Source: Azolla caroliniana (Eukaryota > Plantae > Polypodiophyta). From it: a stretch of 64,000 nucleotides of DNA. Positions 34,494 through 47,324 of the stretch are shown here, piece by piece. The stretch spans positions 18,352,001-18,416,000 of the forward strand of contig JBHGNT010000008.1 of NCBI GenBank assembly GCA_043228905.1. The letters are read 5' to 3'. Under the pieces are notes generated by a model. It was not told the DNA's origin, did no database searches, and worked only from the letters and a program-made list of their open reading frames with translations. How positions within the stretch are numbered: the first letter of the stretch is position 1; each line of letters starts with the position of its first letter. The translations under genes and the position numbers were made by a program.

Positions 34494-35702
34494 GTCCTAG
34501 AGGCTCCTACGGTCAGCCTGAGTGCCGGCGTGAGTCCTAGAGCTATGGGTGGTGGCGATAGCAAGGTGGGCAACTGAGACGATGACATGGAAGAGACAGC
34601 GGCAAGCGTAATCGAGGCTTGCGCGATCGGAGGTGGGGTAGCCGCGGACAACGACGTCCGGACGGAGGCGGCTACGGACACAACGAGTGGTGGTGCCGGG
34701 TCCTTACCCACATCGATCCTAGAGGCTCCGGCGGTCGGCCCGAGTGCCAACGTGAGTCCTAGAGCGACGTGCGATGGCGACGACAAGGCGGGCAACCGAG
34801 ACCAAGACGACGACGAGGAGAACGAGGAAGAGATAGCCACGGACCACGGTGTTCGAACGAAGGTGGCTATGAACATGACATCGGCGAGTAACGGTATTGG
34901 GACTTTTCCCACACCTATTTTAGAGACTTCGGCGGTCGGCCCCAAGAGCCCACGTGAGACCGGAGAGACGGAAGGTGGCAGCGGCAAAGCGGACGATCAA
35001 AACGACAAAGAGGAAGGTCATAGCGGACAAAAGCAAGACCCCTCGACACCGGGGCCGGATACTTCGGTTGTTGCGCTCGAATGCCAACGTAAGACCGGAG
35101 AGAAGGACGGTGGCCGTGAGGAGGCATGGCCCGGAGCGAACATGTGCGAAGATGAGGATGCGAGGCCCAGAACGGGCATATACAAGAGGACCGACGGAGA
35201 GGTCGGGAGCGGCAAAGAGGAGAGAGTCATGGACCGACTCGACCGGAAGACGAAGCGAAGAAGAGTGAAGCGGGGGCCAGTCAACCGGGCCCAAACCGAA
35301 AGAAGCCGGCAAGACCGGGATTGTTTGATCGACTCCTTACTGGCCGATTACGGTTACGATGGAAACCGATGAGAGTGAGAAGGAGGCTAATTGGGCACAA
35401 CCAATACGGATCGGTGAGAGGCCGAGAGCAAGGGGGACCCTCCTCGCCTATTCTAGAGACTTCGGCGGTTGCGGGTCAACATAAGACCGGAGAGACGACG
35501 GGTGGCGGCGAGGAGTCGGAGATAGGAACGGACGAGGCTACCAGAACGGGTACTCGGTGCGTGAAGACGGACGAGCACAGCCAAGACGCCAAGCCGGGGT
35601 CGGGAAGGGCTGTCGAGAAGCAAGCTCAACATGGTATGCGATGCTTATTGGGAAATAAGCTATAGTAGTTATTTAGCTACTTGTGAACATAAAGGAGAAA
35701 CA

Positions 35703-35786
35703 ACTAATTAGCTACTGACAGCTATTTAGCGACTGACAGCTATTTAGCTACTGATAGCTATTTAGCGACTGATAGCTAATTAGCTG
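35703..35786. repeat. 18-bp tandem repeat in the copia LTR U3 (longer array at 40701-40838)
   Basis: Unit TTAGCTACTGACAGCTAT; the 3' LTR is 54 bp (3 units) longer than the 5' LTR. Confidence 0.9.
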
Positions 35787-36229
35787 CATACGTAAGTAAC
35801 TTATTACTTAGGTAGAAAGTAAGAGAGTAAGAAAGAAGAAGAAGAAGATATACAGGAAGTAGAACTCTGAGAGAGAGATAGTGAGTATAGAGAAAAAGAA
35901 CTCAGAGAGTGAGAGCAAGAGAGAGAAACAAACGAGAGCAAGTAGAGCTCTGCGCATAATGAAATAGAAGAAGTTTTGGCTGCTACAGAGGTAAGTCTCC
36001 TTCCCCCTTCCCTTCTGTGTTTGAGCACTAAACGATCTAGCACACCACGATCCGCCGCGCACATAAGAAGAGCTCGAGTGCCTTCTTCACGTTTTATTAA
36101 CATGGTATCAGAGCGGAGTTGCTCATAAAGAAGAGTACAAAAGTGCATAGATCTGAGAAAGGTATTTCTCTGTTTGCTGATCTGAATTAGAAAGTTACTT
36201 GTTGAAGTAATCGTAGCAGAAACCCTTGT

Positions 36230-39200
36230 TTGGAAGAGATAATGGCTGCAGAGAATGCGGGCCAAATAGTTACAGAGAAACTAGATAAAAACAATTTCCC
36301 GGCGTGGAAATTTAGAATGACAAATTTCCTAATGGGGAAAGGATACTGGGATTACATTGAAGGAGACCTAGAAGAGGCTCCGGAGATCCCAGAAGAAAAT
36401 GCCACAGCAGCACAGATTAAAGCATTCAAAGATTGGAATCAAGGGGCAAGGAAGGTAATGCATTGGCTCTCACTTAGCATCTCAGATTCGATGCTTGGGC
36501 ACATACAGGATGCTATGCTCCCAAAAGAAGCTTGGGACAGTTTGGTAAAACTGTTTGCAGTAAACACAAAAGCTAGAAAGCTACAGTTGAAGACTGAGCT
36601 AAATACCTTAGAAAAAGGTAAGATGTCAATAAATGAGTATGCCTTGAAAATAAAGAGCATATGTGAATCACTTGCTTCTATCAATGTAAAGATAGAAGAT
36701 GATGATAAGGTAGAAATATGCTTGAGAGGCTTGGGACCTCAATACAAAAGCTTTAAAACCTCTATGCTTACAAGGGATAGTATCCCAAGTTTCTCAGATC
36801 TGGTTTCAATGCTTGTAGTAGAAGAAAGGAATCTGATGGATGATGTAAATAAAGGAAATCTTGAGAATGAGGGGCAAGCCCTATATAATAGTGCTGGAAG
36901 AGGCCGAGGAAGAGGCCATGGAAGATTTGGCTCAGCAAGAACCAACAATAATGGTTATCAAGGAAGAGGACAACAAACCATTAGAGGAAGAAACAACAAC
37001 AGAGGCAGGGGGAGCAACCAAGGTAGAGGTAAGCAAACATATGTAAATGATGATGGCTGTTGGTATTGTGGAAAACCAGGCCACACACAAGCTGAATGTT
37101 ACAAGAAGCAAAATGATGAGAAAAGAGGAAAGAGTCAGCAGAATAACTATGCCCAAACTAGTGAAGATTGTGAAAAAGATGGTGCATTTGTGGTACAACA
37201 TGAGATAGCAGCAGTGGCTGAAAGCTCACAGAAATGTAATGAAGAGTTTACATGGTATGTAGACTCGGGGGCATCTAACCATATGACTGGACATGCAAAC
37301 TGGTTTGAAAGGTTGAGAGAACCAGAGATTCCTGGCTATGTACAGACGGGTGATAATAGTACTCACCAAATAGAACATGTTGGAGATATTCCATTGTGGG
37401 AAGAAAAAGGAAAGACTAAGTATATGTTGAATGTAATGCATGTTCCAAATCTTGCTAAGAATCTGATTTCTGTTGGACAGATAGTAGAGCAAGGTATGCA
37501 AGTAAAGTTTAAGCAAAGTGGATGCTATATAGAAAAGAATGGGAAGCTCATTGCAAAAGGAAAACGACAAGGAAGAATGTTTATTTTGGATGTTGACATG
37601 CCTAGACAGATTTCAGCTATGTTTGCAAATGGAATGAGTGTAGTCTCAGATGTGGAAATGTGGCATAAAAGGATTGGCCACATAAGTATGCAAACCCTAA
37701 AGAATATGTTGAGAAAAGATGCAGTGGCTGGACTACCAAAACTGAAAAATTGTGAAATGGGAAAGATATGTGAAGCATGTCAATATGGAAAGCAAAATAG
37801 GTTGCCATTCCCTCATGAAAGACATGTAAGTAAAAATTTGTTGGATTTGGTACATACGGATGTATGGGGACCAACTAAGAATGCATCTATCGGTGGCTGC
37901 AGATTTTATGTAACTTTTATTGATGATTGCTCAAGGAAAACATGGGTGTACTTCATGAAAGAGAAAAGTGAAGTGTTTGAATGTTTTCGTAAGTTTTAAT
38001 GCATGGTAGAAAAGCAGGCAGGTACAAGAATAAAATGTTTAAGATTTGATGGAGGAGGAGAGTATTTCTCCAATGAATTTTCTGATTTTCTATGCAATCA
38101 GGGAATAAGAAGACAGTTCACATGTAGATATACTCCACAGCAAAATGGAGTTGCTGAGAGGAAAAACAGAACATTGGTGAACATTGCAAGGGCTTTGATG
38201 ACAGAGAAGAATATGCCATTGTACTATTGGGCAGAAGCTGTAAATACAGCAAATTATATTCTAAATAGATGTATAACATCGGGAGTACATGAAGCAACTC
38301 CTGAAGAGTGTTTCTATGGAAGGAAACCTAGTATAGAACACTTAAAAGTGTTTGGATGCCTTGCATATGTACATGTGCCTGCAGAAGTAAGAAGTAAGCT
38401 GGATCCAAAGGCAGAAAAATGTATTTTTGTTGGCTATTCAGAAGAACAAAAAGGGTATAGATGCTATAACCCTGTAACAAAGAAGATTGTGACAAGTAGG
38501 GATGTAATCTTTGATGAGTTAGTCAGCTGGTATAGTCCAAAACAGAATCCAGAGACTGATGAAGACAATGAGATTGAAGACAAAGACAAATCTGAAAATG
38601 TAGAAGACTGCCACAGAGATGGAAGCAAGGTTGGACAGCAAAGTCCAACATCAACAGAATGTTCTGGACCATCAAAAAGCTTAGATGGTAAATCTGATTC
38701 AAATTCTTGGAGTGGAAAAAGTGGAGGACACAAAAAATGTGATGATAAAAAAGGAAAACAGAAAATGCCAAAGTATGAAATGTTGGATGACTTGTCTAAA
38801 AACATGGAAGATGAGGATTCAGATGTGTCATTGGATGATCTTCTTGGTATAAGAGGATTGAAAATCCCTGGTATGGAAAAAGCATTGAAGGATGCAAATC
38901 AGAAACTGAGAAGATCAGATAGAGAGAAAAAAACTGTTGAAAGATTTGGTTATGATACATACATGGCTATGCATTATGCATACATGTCTAAGGTGGTACA
39001 GATCCCTGATCCAAGTAGTTTTGATGAGGCTAAAACTGAGAAGAAATGGGTGGACGCAATGCAAGAAGAGATTGATGCATTGGCTGAAAACAGAACATGG
39101 GATTTGGTGAAGTTACCAAAAGAAAAAAATGTGGTAGGTTGCAAATGGGTCTACAAGACAAAGCATGATTCCAGTGGGAATGTAAGTAGACATAAAGCAA

Positions 39201-40591
39201 GATTGGTTGCAAAGGGATATGCCCAAATGCAAGGAATTGATTATGATGAGACATTTGCACCGGTTGCAAAGATGGCAACATTGAGGACATTACTGGCTGT
39301 AGGTGCAGCCAGAAGATGGTTTCTCCATCATATGGATGTAAAAAATGCCTTTTTACATGGTAACTTGGAAGAAGAAGTGTATATGTGTCAACCACCAGGT
39401 TTTGAAGATAGGAAGCATCCAGATTATGTATGTAAGCTGAAAAAGGCTCTCTATGGACTGAAACAGGCACCAAGAACATGGCACAGAGAACTTTCAGATT
39501 ATCTGAAAAAACTTGACTTCAAAATGTCAAAGGCTGATTCATCATTGTATGTTAAAAGGAAAGATGATTGTATGGTTGTGATTCTGATTTATGTTGATGA
39601 TCTCATCATTGGAGGTGATTTCATGGATGAGATAAGTAAGCTGAAAAGAAATTTGGAAATGAAATTTCATATGAAAGATTTGGGAGATCTGAGATATTTT
39701 TTGGGTATTGAAATCATCAGATCTGAAAGTGGTATATGTGTGTTGCAAAGACAATATGCAACAACTATGTTGAAAAAGTATGGTATGCTTGGATGCAAAC
39801 CTATTGGAGTACCACTAGATAAAAACTGCAAATTGAGGGCTGATTTGGGAGCCAAAATAGAAGATGTAAACATGTACAGGTCTATGGTGGGCAGCCTTAT
39901 TTATTTGACCATAACAAGACCTGATTTGAGTTATGCAGTTGGATTAGTCAGCCAATTTATGCAACAGCCAACAAAGCCGCATTTGGACTGCATTAGAAGA
40001 ATTCTGAGGTATGTAAAAGCTACTCAGAACTATGGATTGTTTTACAGGGCTGATTTGGACATAAATCTGGAAGGATATACAGATGCTGATTGGGCTGGAA
40101 GCCAAACAGATAGAAGATCCACAAGTGGATATATCTTTACATTGGGAAGTGCAGGTATTTCATGGAGTAGCAAGAAACAAGCTATTGTTGCATTGTCTAG
40201 TACTGAAGCTGAGTACAGAGGAGCTGCCATAGCCACTTGTGAAGAGGTATGGATTAGAAGATTGCTTGCTGATTTGGGAGAGTATATAGAAGGTACTGTC
40301 ACAATCTGGTGTGACAACATGAGCAGCATTCAACTTGCAAAGAACCCTGTGTTCAATGCAAGAACAAAGCACATTGAAGTGCATTATCACTTTGTTAGAG
40401 AAAAAGTGATTGAAGGAGAAGTTGATCTGGTGTATGTGAATACAAATCAGCAGGTTGCTGATATTCTCACAAAGGGATTGAGTGTGGAAAAGCATACACA
40501 GTTTCGGAACATGATGGGAGTTGTAGACATTGATATGATGGTTGAAAAGCATCATGAAAAAGAAGTTGTAGATAACCCCAAGAAAGGATAA
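36230..40591 (+). pseudogene. Copia gag-pol polyprotein broken by one in-frame TAA at 37997-37999
   Basis: Two track ORFs in the same frame; CWYCGKPGHTQAEC, WYVDSGASNHMT, WHKRIGH, VTFIDDCSR, YTPQQNGVAERKNR, IYVDDL, GYTDADWAG, RTKHIEVHYHF. Confidence 0.95.
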
Positions 40592-41779
40592 GTTGAGCTT
40601 GAGGGGGAGTGTTGAGAAGCAAGCTCAACATGGTATGCGATGCTTATTGGGAAATAAGCTATAGTAGTTATTTAGCTACTTGTGAACATAAAGGAGAAAC
40701 AGCTAATTAGCTACTGACAGCTAATTAGCTACTGACAGCTATTTAGCGACTGACAGCTATTTAGCTACTGACAGCTATTTAGCTACTGACAGCTATTTAG
40801 CGACTGATAGCTAATTAGCTACAGGCAGCTAATTAGCTGCATACGTAAGTAACTTATTACTTAGGTAGAAAGTAAGAGAGTAAGAAAAAAGAAGAAGAAG
40901 ATATACAGGAAATAGAACTCTGAGAGAGAGATAGTGAGTATAGAGAAAAAGAACTCAGAGAGTGAGAGCAAGAGAGAGAAACAAACGAGAGCAAGTAGAG
41001 CTCTGCGCATAATGAAATAGAAGAAGTTTTGGTTGCTACAGAGGTAAGTCTCCTTCCCCCTTCCCTTCTGTGTTTGAGCACTAAACGATCTAGCACACCA
41101 CGATCCGCCGCGCACATAAGAAGAGCTCGAGTGCCTTCTTCACGTTTTATTAACAAGGGCTACGGCAACAAAGGGAGAAGAGGCCAACGCGGAGGTCGGG
41201 ACTACGGCGGGAGAAGCGTGTAACACGAAGCATGCATTACGGCGTAAAACGGAGCATGCACTATGGCCGGCGAAGGGCCAAGAAGCAAGCATGCAGCCGG
41301 AAGGGCGGTAACGAGTGACCGACAACGGCGGACCGGTCGAGCCTTTGAGAGGCAAGCACGTTGCAAGAGACAGAGCGGTGAGTTGCCGGGATCGGCAGAT
41401 GAACGATGAAAGCGGAGGATGGTGCGCGGAGAGCAAAGAGTTATGCACCGGGGAGAGAAAAAGCGGCGTCTCGGAGGACGTGCGGGGCCAAGCGGGCCAA
41501 GAGGATGCGAGTCGGGATGAAGCGGTAACGAGAGCCGTGAAGAACCCCGACACGAAGGTCGGGATGACAATACGCTCTACTACGAGAGAGCACGGAGAGC
41601 AAGGGAGAATTGAGGTGCGCGTAATGGGGTCACCTAAGGACCAAAGAATGAGCGTGCATTCGGGGGAGCTACAACGAGTGACCGACGATGACGGTCGGAG
41701 GAAGCCTTTGAGAGGCAAGCACGGGACGACGGACGGTGCAGCGAGACGCCAAGATCTGACGGGAACTCAACGCTCCTTA

Positions 41780-42772
41780 TGTGCAACGTTCGGCCACAAC
41801 TAGAAGTTAGAATGATACACAGAAAGCGGGAAATGAAACACGACACAAAGAAGAGGAAGATATACAGGAGGTTTACGTGGAAAATCCCAAACTAGGGGAA
41901 AAAACCACGGCAGCCCACAGGCTGCAAATTATCACTATGTTGGAATGTACAAACAGTGAGTTCACGGAGGCAACGACCTCGTGCTCACGATCTTCGCCAC
42001 AGACGGCGGTTACAACAGAGGCAACGACCTCTTTCTCTCTCTCTGTATAGTTACACACTCTCTCTTTTCTTGCACCAACAAGAAATGACAACAACTACTA
42101 AAAGTTTGCCCTAAGTCATATTTATACTAATATGAATTTTCGGCTATTTACAAATATAGCCTCGATGGACTCTCAGAAACATATTTACGAATATGTCTCT
42201 TCATCCGGTTCATACTGGGTCTGCACCATCCGGCTCTCCGAAGCCGGGTACTCCTCATCCGGTTCATATCGGGTCTGCACCATCCGGCTCTCCGTAGCCG
42301 GGTACTCCTCATCCGGTTCATACCGGGTCTGCACCATCCGGCTCTCCGAAGCCGGGTACTCCTCATCCGGTTCATACCGGGTCTGCACCATCCGGAGGGA
42401 CCTGTCTCCCAACAAACTCCCCCTTCACTCCGGCATGGGGTGTCTTACCAGTCCGATCCTCTTCCGACATGCGTCCAACTTGTCGGGTGTCAGCACTTTG
42501 GTCAACATATCTGACCCGTTCTCGACCGTGTGGATCTTCGTCAGTGCGAACTCCTGGTCATCTACTCTTTCCCGGATCCAGTGATACCTCCGCTGGATAT
42601 GCTTCGTCCGGGAATGGTAGGCCGCATTCTTAGCAAGGTGGATGGCACTTTGACTGTCGCAATAGAGTCGGTATTCCTCTTGCCGGATACCGAGCTCTCC
42701 GATGAAGTCCTTCATCCATAATATTTCCTTGCCGGCTTCCACAGCCGCCATGTACTCCGCCTCTGTGGTTGA
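41780..42772 (-). mobile_element. Copia (Tnt1/Tork-like) 3' fragment: RNase H, PPT and LTR 41780-42414
   Basis: LSTTEAEYMAAVEAGKE...CDSQSAIHLAKN...HSRTKHI...SDMLTK; PPT AAGGGGGAGTT; LTR TGTTGGGAGAC...GCACA. Confidence 0.9.
42199..42395. repeat. 54-bp tandem repeat (about 3.6 copies) in LTR U3
   Basis: Unit TCATCCGGTTCATACCGGGTCTGCACCATCCGGCTCTCCGAAGCCGGGTACTCC. Confidence 0.92.
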
Positions 42773-42774
42773 CA

Positions 42775-43300
42775 AACCAGAGAGGCTAATGGATGAATGG
42801 AGTCTTTTAACACAAGAGTTTGGGAAACTCAAAAATTATATTTCTAAGTATAGAATAATCATGTTGCAAATAACTAATATGGATGGTTTTGACAGGTTGC
42901 ATTGTTTTGTCTATGATTACGACCATCTGTGACGAAAGAGGTAGAGAAGCTTGAACTAGCTAGCTTGGAGGAGGCAATCCATATAGCGAAGTGTGTGGAC
43001 GACGATTGCGAGGCCCCCCAACACAAGCATGACTCCATGGAGAAAGGAGGAATAGCAAGACCTTGCGATCCAACAAGGAATGTGTCGCCAAGCAAGGTGA
43101 GTGAGTGAATCACTCCCTCAAACCCCTTGATTGGGAGCTACATACAACAGATGTCCCGATTTGACCAAGGTTGCTTCAAGTGTGGTGGACCACACTTAGC
43201 TCGCGTAGCTCGACAGTACCCTATGCTAGAAGAGGGTTCCTATCTAGTGGGCAGACGCACGAGTCGAAATGGACAAAGAAGACGAAAAGGAACAATCCTT
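42775..43300 (+). mobile_element. Degenerate Ty3/gypsy gag fragment
   Basis: KLKNYISKYRIIMLQI...LEEAIHIAK and zinc knuckle GCFKCGGPHLAR; frameshifted. Confidence 0.55.
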
Positions 43301-43594
43301 TAGAGCTTGAGTTCATCAAGCTTACAAAATTGTGTTAGGAACTTTGATGTCTCGAACCGCACCTTGTGTTGCTTGAGCCACTCTCAACGTTTTGGTCTAC
43401 ATCCCTTCAACGCCTTTCATCCATCTTCCCGGTGCCCACATTGCTCATCCACCTTGGTTGAGTAAACCTTGGCCAGACTGCTCAATCTTTTGCTCTAATG
43501 CCCTTTTGAGGCCTTTTCTCCATCTTTCTTCCACTTTGCTCCCTCACCTCGGTTGACCACACCTTCATTGAAGCCACCTTCACTTGGACTCGAG

Positions 43595-44122
43595 CCACAG
43601 ACAGATGTTGCAGAAAAGGTACGTGATATGCTACAGAAATACAAACGTAAAGTCCAGTTATGCTCCTTTAATTCCACAGTAAAATCTTGATAACCAGCTT
43701 GCAGCTAAAGACTCACCAAAGAAGGCGGCCGATGAGTTAGATTTAAGGATATATCTAGTGTAGTGCAGAGCACAGGCTATATCAATATAAGGGTGGATTA
43801 TGGGGTGAACAGACTTTAAAGGATGGCGAAGAACAAGGAGTTCGAAATGTGGCAATTGTAACAACAACCAACTTACCATGGATGATGGGAATTGCTATAA
43901 ATCCTCTTTTTCGTGCAACATATCTAGCTAAGAACAGGAAGAAGGTTGTAACCTTGCTCATTCCATGGTTGTGCAAGGATGACCGAGGTCTTCTATACCA
44001 GCACAATATGTGCTTTGATTCACCAGAGGAACAAGAAGCATATATATTCTCAACTAGCTTGAGGCAAGAGTACCTAGATTCAAATCTAATTTCAAGCTGG
44101 TTTCCAACTCACAATTTTGTAA
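43595..44122 (+). pseudogene. DGD1: Digalactosyldiacylglycerol synthase (DGD1-like) gene fragment
   Basis: DELDLRI..VVQSTGY..GG followed by RNVAIVTTTNLPWMMGIAINPLFRATYLAK...VTLLIPWLC...FDSPEEQEAYI, the DGD signature ([26 protein letters not shown]); frameshifted; apparent intron 43619-43679 and donor GTAAG at 44119. Confidence 0.85.
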
Positions 44123-44240
44123 GCTTGACGGGACTCATCGCAACTCACATTTTCGTTTTGTCGCAATTCTTGGGACTTGTAATATTTTTGAGTTCTAAAT
44201 AACAAAAGAGCATTGTGTCCCATGTTTGGTCTCCACAACA

Positions 44241-44523
44241 TGTTCTTGTGTGCAATAAGTCTAATAGTGCTTTTGGGAAATAACAACATACGTGTTCATA
44301 CATTATACACAAGGGTGGGGAATTTATATAGTAACCCCAAATAGCACCCTCTACATATTCAAACTTAAAAGTTGTTTTGTTTGTTCTTGTGTGCAATAAG
44401 TCTAATAGTGCTTTTGGGAAATAACAACATACGTGTTCATACATTATACACAAGGGTGGGGAATTTATATAGTAACCCCAAATAGCACCCTCTACATATT
44501 CAAACTTAAAAGTTATTTTGTTT
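44241..44523. repeat. Near-perfect ~142-bp tandem duplication
   Basis: TGTTCTTGTGTGCAATAAG...AAACTTAAAAGTT appears twice head to tail. Confidence 0.9.
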
Positions 44524-45464
44524 TCACATTACCTCTTTAGATAGTCATTTTCAGATACCAATGAATACTTGTGCAAGCACATGTTAAGGCTTGACGCCAT
44601 GATAAGAGAATACTTGAGATTTTATATTTTTTATGAAAATCACATAATAACTTTTGGGTGCTCATGATATAGACCATTGGATACAATAAAAACCCCAGCA
44701 AAACACATTATTTTTAGATATTTCAACAGATAATTGCTGTTTTTATAATATTTTTCTTAAATGTTAAATCTTGACTACATGCATAAACAAGAGGTCATTC
44801 ATTAATTAGCTTTTGAATTGGTCTTAATAGCTTAGAGAAATACTAAATTTGCAAGACAACATTATAATTGGTCTCTACTAATTAAAAAAATATTCAGCTT
44901 TTTTAGTAGATATTGCAATTAGTTGGAAAACAAATGTTGTAGGTTTATGCCACTGTTTAATCTATAGCAACAAAGAACAAGGGTACGATAGTGGCATCAT
45001 CAAGTTCCACAAATCTCTTCATTCTTATGTATTTTTTTGGATTTTAACCAGCACATGCATATGCTGATAATTTTCTAATGTCAATTATCATTACAATTTC
45101 TAACATTACATGTTCTATTAGCACTCACAATCTTCATATCACTAGTATATACAACATTAGATGCTCCAACATTCCTCAAGAATAGAGAACATTCAACCAA
45201 GGTTTGCCAATCATTCATTCCCACTTCGGTTTGATGTTTGCGAGGACTCCACAAACAATTAACATACGTCACATTGAACTAACTACAAATGCAAATATTA
45301 TGATCACATGGTCTACAGCGTACGCCCTTTAATTTATTCAAACGTTTCAGAACATTATCCATATGTTCATTATTGAATAGAAGATGCAAAACATATACAA
45401 CAGCCATCATATTAAGGGTATACCTATTATACCCTGCTGATATTTGAAAATATATTGGTGATCC

Positions 45465-45757
45465 TGTCATAAAAGAGAGCATGTAATTAATGTAGCTAAG
45501 TGATAATCTTTCTCGATTAATAAAAACCTCTCTACTTCCTCAACTGAAGTGCTTCACTCACCCTTCTCATCTTCTTATGAATTTGGACTCACTGGAACTC
45601 GATTTCACATCCAGTCATAAAAGAAGTACGTAATTAATGTAGGTACGTGATCATCTTTCTTGATTAATAAAAACTTATCTTTACTTCATCAACTGAAGTG
45701 CTCACTCACCTCATCTTCTTATGAATTTGGACTCACTGGAACTTGATTTCACATCCA
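45465..45757. repeat. Diverged ~148-bp tandem duplication
   Basis: GTCATAAAAGA...GTAATTAATGTAG...ATGAATTTGGACTCACTGGAACT...TTTCACATCCAG present twice. Confidence 0.8.
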
Positions 45758-45938
45758 GGAAGCAAGACTGTTCCTCAAGAAGGAAGTTAGGAAGTTGCCA
45801 TCATGTTGAGTATCCATTAGCTCTAAAGCTATCAATAAAGTTATTTTTGAATAAGCCATGTCTTGTTCATGCTTCAAACGATCACCTTTTCAAAATAGTA
45901 TCTTAGCCCATTCATGACTTTTAAATGACTTCAGGTAG

Positions 45939-46038
45939 GGCATGATGTATAAGGACCTTGTAAGACAACTTCACAATTACACACATCAAACGGCATGATG
46001 TATCAGGACCTTATAAGACAACTTCACAATTACATACA
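45939..46038. repeat. ~52-bp tandem duplication
   Basis: GGCATGATGTAT.AGGACCTT.TAAGACAACTTCACAATTACA twice. Confidence 0.8.
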
Positions 46039-47324
46039 TTAACCCAATGCTACTGGACTGAAACACATACCAATCCAAGAGCCTATCGGCTTTGGCTCTT
46101 CCAATCTAGAGACCATTGGCTATACAATGTCAGCAATGACCCTTGGCAATTCAAAACAAGTCATAGAGGGCCCTCTAGACCAATTTCAAGAATTATGAGG
46201 CAAATAAAAATATAAAATAGAATATTTATTTCAGAATATAAACAAGATGGGTATAATATTACTATTGCTTTATGTAGTACCACAGATTTTATTGCTCATC
46301 TTGGTAGCTTCTCATACATATAGAAATAGAGTCAACCACACCTTTTATAAACAATGTTTGTTGTAGTTATGGCAAAAATATTGGTAATTCATGTCAAACA
46401 TCTATCAGAATACACTTTTCAACAATGAGGGAAAAGATGATAGAACTCTCAACCTCAAGATTTCACTGTCATGGTTCTAATTGAAGATAATATATTAGGA
46501 GTAGGGTTCAAAGGTAAAGGTAAGAAGCTTCCTACTGTCGAAATGGTAAAATCTTATTGGTAAAAGGAAAGAGATGGGATGAAGCCTTGGTTTCCAAGTG
46601 TGTATTTCTTGCTCACAGAGAAAAGAAGGGTGGATACGTTTCAAAAAGTTAGACTCAGAGATTCCAACTCAAGATGAGTCCAATCCAACTATTAACTTTT
46701 TCCAGTTGATTTATATTATACCTGGTTAGTTCCAAAAGGCATCCAACTTTGTGAAACCTCCCTTATATTATTGTCTACTTGTACCCATGAAAGCCATTAG
46801 CCTTGATCCTCCAAATGTACAGATTTGACTTCTTATAAAATTGACCTTTTCATAACCTATCATGTTGGATTTTTAAAATGAACTTCACAAAAACCTAGTT
46901 TTAAGTAGAGTTTGGAATGCCATTTTTCATACAGTTCTAGTTGGTAAAAACACACTTTACCTCTGAGGCATCTGAACCCCATTGTGTCAAACTTGATTGT
47001 TGCTGCAGTAAGATTTTCTTCTGTGTTTCTCATATTAATATGGTGATACGTTTGTTCTTGAAAGAATTGTATCATCTATAAAGGATTAGCAAACATGTCC
47101 AATGGGGCCTCTAAAGGAGTTAGAACTGAAGATAGTTCAAGTCTCTCTAATTGTTTATGAACAAAACCAAAAAGTTAAAATAGGAAGTCAAAAAGGGCTT
47201 TAAAGAAACATTCCCCCTTAAGTCTACCTTTTACTTCTTCATGACCTACTAGTGAAGGGAAAAAGAGGCGAAGTTTTTCTATTTAATGAAGCCTATTTTT
47301 CTCACTTTCAATATGGAAATTCAT

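Larger units (their letters stand above)
35611..41155 (+). mobile_element. Full-length Ty1/copia retrotransposon with AGGGC target-site duplication
   Basis: 5' LTR 35611-36102, PBS-iMet TGGTATCAGAGC 36103-36114, PPT GAGGGGGAG 40601-40609, 3' LTR 40610-41155; TSD at 35606-35610 and 41156-41160. Confidence 0.98.
28459..41779 (+). mobile_element. tRNA-Trp-primed LTR element A (5' LTR 28459-28940, PBS 28945-28962, Gag-like ORF from 28978 and repetitive internal region), split by insertions at 30019-34493 and 35611-41155; no pol and no 3' LTR seen
   Basis: LTR TGTCG...CGACA with TATA at about 28608; PBS TGGTGAACCCGACGTGAA; Gag-like WFNGNEVPKFLGAYKAEM; internal sequence joins across both insertions (CACACCGG|TCCTAGAGGCTCC, and the AGGGC TSD). 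Confidence 0.75.

Noticed and set aside
37997-37999. Programmed stop-codon readthrough
   Set aside because: The stop lies inside the integrase core, not at a gag/pol or pol/env boundary; a point mutation is simpler.
42132-42415. Repeat-protein ORFs
   Set aside because: They are translations of the 54-bp LTR tandem repeat, open in several frames.
46700-47300. Possible LINE RT remnant after the SYS-like stop codon
   Set aside because: Only a weak DDT-like motif is visible; too degraded to support.
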